A stretch of DNA of 64,000 nucleotides from assembly GCF_009914755.1 (NCBI RefSeq), contig NC_060925.1, one strand, 5' to 3'. The notes under the pieces are model-generated. The model saw only the letters and a list, made by a program, of their open reading frames with translations. It ran no database searches and was not told the origin of the DNA. Shown here in pieces: positions 57,515 through 64,000 of the stretch. The first letter of the stretch is position 1, and each line of letters starts with the position of its first letter. The position numbers and the translations under genes were made by a program. The DNA comes from the human T2T-CHM13v2.0 reference genome, Homo sapiens.

Positions 57515-58199
<685 letters not shown>

Positions 58200-58279
58200 T
58201 GCTCATTACTTTTATAACCAGTAGACGCATGTTGGTTAGAGAAAGGGCAGAGTGTTGGCCTTTGCCCCCGAGGTCATGA

Positions 58280-58738
<459 letters not shown>

Positions 58739-59037
58739 TAGCGAGGGCGAAGTGGGGGGCCCTGGGGGAACCCCAAGGCCACACCCAGGCAGCGTGCTGT
58801 CCACCAGCCCCCAGCTCCTTCCCACTTTGATTCAAGGAGCAACTGGTCCCCAGGGAGGTGGGGGCAGGGGTGTGTGGTCGTGGAGCGTAGGGGTGGGCAG
58901 GGGCCAGGGGCCCAGATGACTTTGAGGTTCTCTGTCTGGGGTACCCTTGGAGCACAGTGCTGAGTTCACACCAGGGCGAAGCCGAGGTGCCATCCCCATG
59001 GGGCCTGGCCGGTAGCGTGCACCGGGCAAATTTTATC

Positions 59038-59330
59038 CCAGAGGTCCGCATACTTTTTTCGCAAAAGGCCAGAGAGTTGGTATTTCCGGCTTTGCCGGCC
59101 CAGCGGTCTCTGTTGCAGCCCCTCACCGAAAGCCACAGACACGGGAAACCGAGTGGGCGTGCCAAGCGCCAATCAAACCGCACTGTGTTCGCTGAAATAC
59201 GAGTTTCATGTGATTTTCACGTGTCACAAAATATTCACCTTTTTTTGGTTTTTTAAATTAATTTTTTTTTTAAATTTACAAAACTAGGCTGCAGGCTGGA
59301 CTTCGCCTTCGATCCATAATCTGCCAACTG
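59038..59330. mobile_element. MER58B-like hAT-Charlie element
   Basis: AAAAGGCCAGAGAG...GGCTTTGC...GTTTCATGTGATTTTCACGTGTCACAAAATATTC. Confidence 0.6.
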
Positions 59331-59884
59331 CTTTATTTTAGTTGCCCCCATCTTTGTGGGTTCAAGCCCCAAAGTAGAGGGTCACTGAGGGGCTGCGGCA
59401 AGAAGAAATTTGTCAGATCTCACTTGTGAGTCCATGGGGTGGCACCTCGGGTGTTGGGTTCCCCCATAGCCATGTGGCCTTGGGGCGTGGGGAACTGGCC
59501 CCATTTTATCTGATTCTAGGGAGCCCCGTCGCTGACATCCATGCTGTCACATCATCTTGGGGGTGTAAAGATGGTGGCTGGCTACGGGATGGGCTGCTGT
59601 TGTACCCACAATTACACAAGAACACAGAGGTTTAACTCGAGACCCTCAGTCCCTGAGCCCCTTTGGTGTCACAGCCCCAAGACCCCTCCACCTGCAGAAG
59701 CCCTGGGGGACCTGGCCCGGGCCAGTGTGAACAGGACACCCTGGTCCTGCCATCTATCCAGACAGCCCTGTCCTGGGCACCCACCAGAATTACTGGGGTG
59801 GTCTCTCAGCTCCCCTGGGTTCCCCAGGAAGTACTTTCTGGTCTGGGGCAAGTGACCTGCCAAGCCGGGTCCCACCACTGCTAG

Positions 59885-60310
<426 letters not shown>

Positions 60311-60571
60311 TGAAACCAAGGGGGGCCCTTCTGAGTCTGGGGCGTGCCCCCTGCCTGTAATCCCCTCATTGCTTCATTAGCAGAAGCCTCCAGCCCACCC
60401 AGGCTCTGGGTCAGGCTCTGTCCTTCCCAGGGATGTGGGGAATGGGAGGCTGCCCCTTCCTACTCCATTGTCAGGCCACCGGGTCTCCTGTTGATGCCTG
60501 TCCCAGCCATTCAGGGTGGGGCTTATGGGGAGGCAGTGAAGCTCGGAAAACTCAGCAATCCAGATCGATAA

Positions 60572-60944
<373 letters not shown>

Positions 60945-61392
60945 CAAAATTTTAAATAAAGAGAGGATCAGTTCACCATGTACTAGGGGTTCTGATAGCC
61001 AGCTCAGCTCCTGATCCTTTTTCTGTGGGAACTTCAGTTCTGTCCTTGAATCCTGACTAGACGTTTCTTGCCCTCTGGTCTCAGATTTCTCTTGGCTTTT
61101 ATTCCTTGATCCACCTGCCGGTTTTATCACCTCCCCTTGTTCCTCATGGCTTCCCATCAACCGTGGGTATTAGGTGACAGTGTAATTTATTAGATGTTGG
61201 TTTTGCCCAAATACTGGGCATGGCTTAATAACAACGAAACCATTTCATTATTTGGACAGGCCTGAGTACCTTATCAAGCAGATTAAAAGGATATGGTACC
61301 CGTCCTTTAGAAAAGGACAGCTGAAATCTCGTTACGGATTATGGATTTAGCATAAAGAAAAATAATCAGGCATAAATTAAGAGTAAGAGAGG

Positions 61393-63110
<1,718 letters not shown>

Positions 63111-63179
63111 AATGTTCCCACCATAATTTTCCTTTGCAGTGACTTTGAAATCTTAAAATGCTGCATTGAAATATTACCT

Positions 63180-63445
63180 GGACAGTCTGGGCAACATAGT
63201 CAGACCCCATCTCTAAAAAAATAAAATTAAAAATTAGCCAGGTGTGGTGGCATGCACCGGTAGTTCCAGCTACTCGGGAGGCTGAGGTGGGAGGATCACT
63301 TGAGCCCGGGAGGATCACTTGAGCCCAGGGGGCTGAGGCTGCAGTGGGCTGAGATTGTGCCACTGCACTCCAGCCTGGGCAACAGAGCAAGACCCTGTCT
63401 CAAAAAAAAAAAAAAAGAAAAGAGAAAAGAAAGAAAGAAAAGAAA
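63180..63445 (+). mobile_element. 5'-truncated Alu with internal 19-bp duplication
   Basis: GGGAGGATCACTTGAGCCC twice. Confidence 0.85.
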
Positions 63446-64000
63446 TGTGACCTGGATTACTGAGTTTCTCTCTCTCCCTTTTAATCTCATGCCTCAGTTG
63501 CCTCCCCCAGGCCTGGGCCTGATTTGTTTTAGGGAGTTTGGAGTCTGACAAGTTCTGCTGGGCTGGCCCTGAGCACAGCCCTTCTGATGGGGGGAAGCCG
63601 CAGGGGAGGCCCAGGCTCCCAGGTCACAGCAATGCCCACTCACGCAGCACCTTGCAGGCCGGCTGGTGCTGGGGGAGCCCAGTGAGGGAAAGCCATGCCA
63701 CCGCTCCCCACCGTCACTCTGCACAGACCACACTCTCAGCCACTGTCCCCCAGCATGGCATGCAGGGGAGGGAGAGTGAGTGACGTGCCCAAGCTGGAGG
63801 CCACGAGGACCTTGGAGCCTCGGACAGAGGACCAGCGGCTGTCATGTGCAGAGGACTTTGGGGGTGTAGGGCAGGTCCCATCCTGGATGAAGGTGAAGGA
63901 GGGGATGGCAGGAGTGGAGCGGTCGCCTGGCTGGGCAGATTGGTTTTCTTTGGGTGAGAGGATGGGGAAGAGCTCAAGTGCTGAGCGGGGAAAGTGTCTC

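Overview
Primate (human-like) genomic DNA containing the 5' three quarters of SLC45A1, a proton-associated sugar transporter of the MFS/GPH sucrose-transporter-like family, on the + strand. Positions 1-37,000 are Alu/L1/LTR-rich intergenic sequence. They include a U6 snRNA retrocopy, a solo MER41B-type LTR, THE1/MST/MLT1 LTRs and a 28-bp VNTR. A CpG-island promoter (CRE plus GC box) at ~37.4-38.4 kb leads into a short first exon. Seven coding exons follow (44515-60181); they splice in frame through GT-AG sites to give 1980 nt = 660 codons, and the last exon lies beyond the window. Introns hold a ~1.3-kb (GGAT/GGGT)n array, a Y1 RNA pseudogene, MER82/MER58 DNA transposons and a perfect palindromic AT-rich 26-bp array inside an Alu. 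Nearly all other ORFs in the track are Alu or simple-repeat artefacts, and I see no evidence of a novel multi-gene system. The best leads are regulatory or structural: (i) a three-AUG leader with an in-frame 34-aa extension and a split uORF whose stop overlaps the main AUG (AUGA); (ii) a compact CRE-ETS-TATA-YY1 promoter-like cluster with a donor site in intron 5; (iii) the AT-rich palindromic expansion; (iv) a fold-back/chimeric U6 retrocopy. Repeat family names are from recognition of consensus sequence by eye, and repeat boundaries are approximate.
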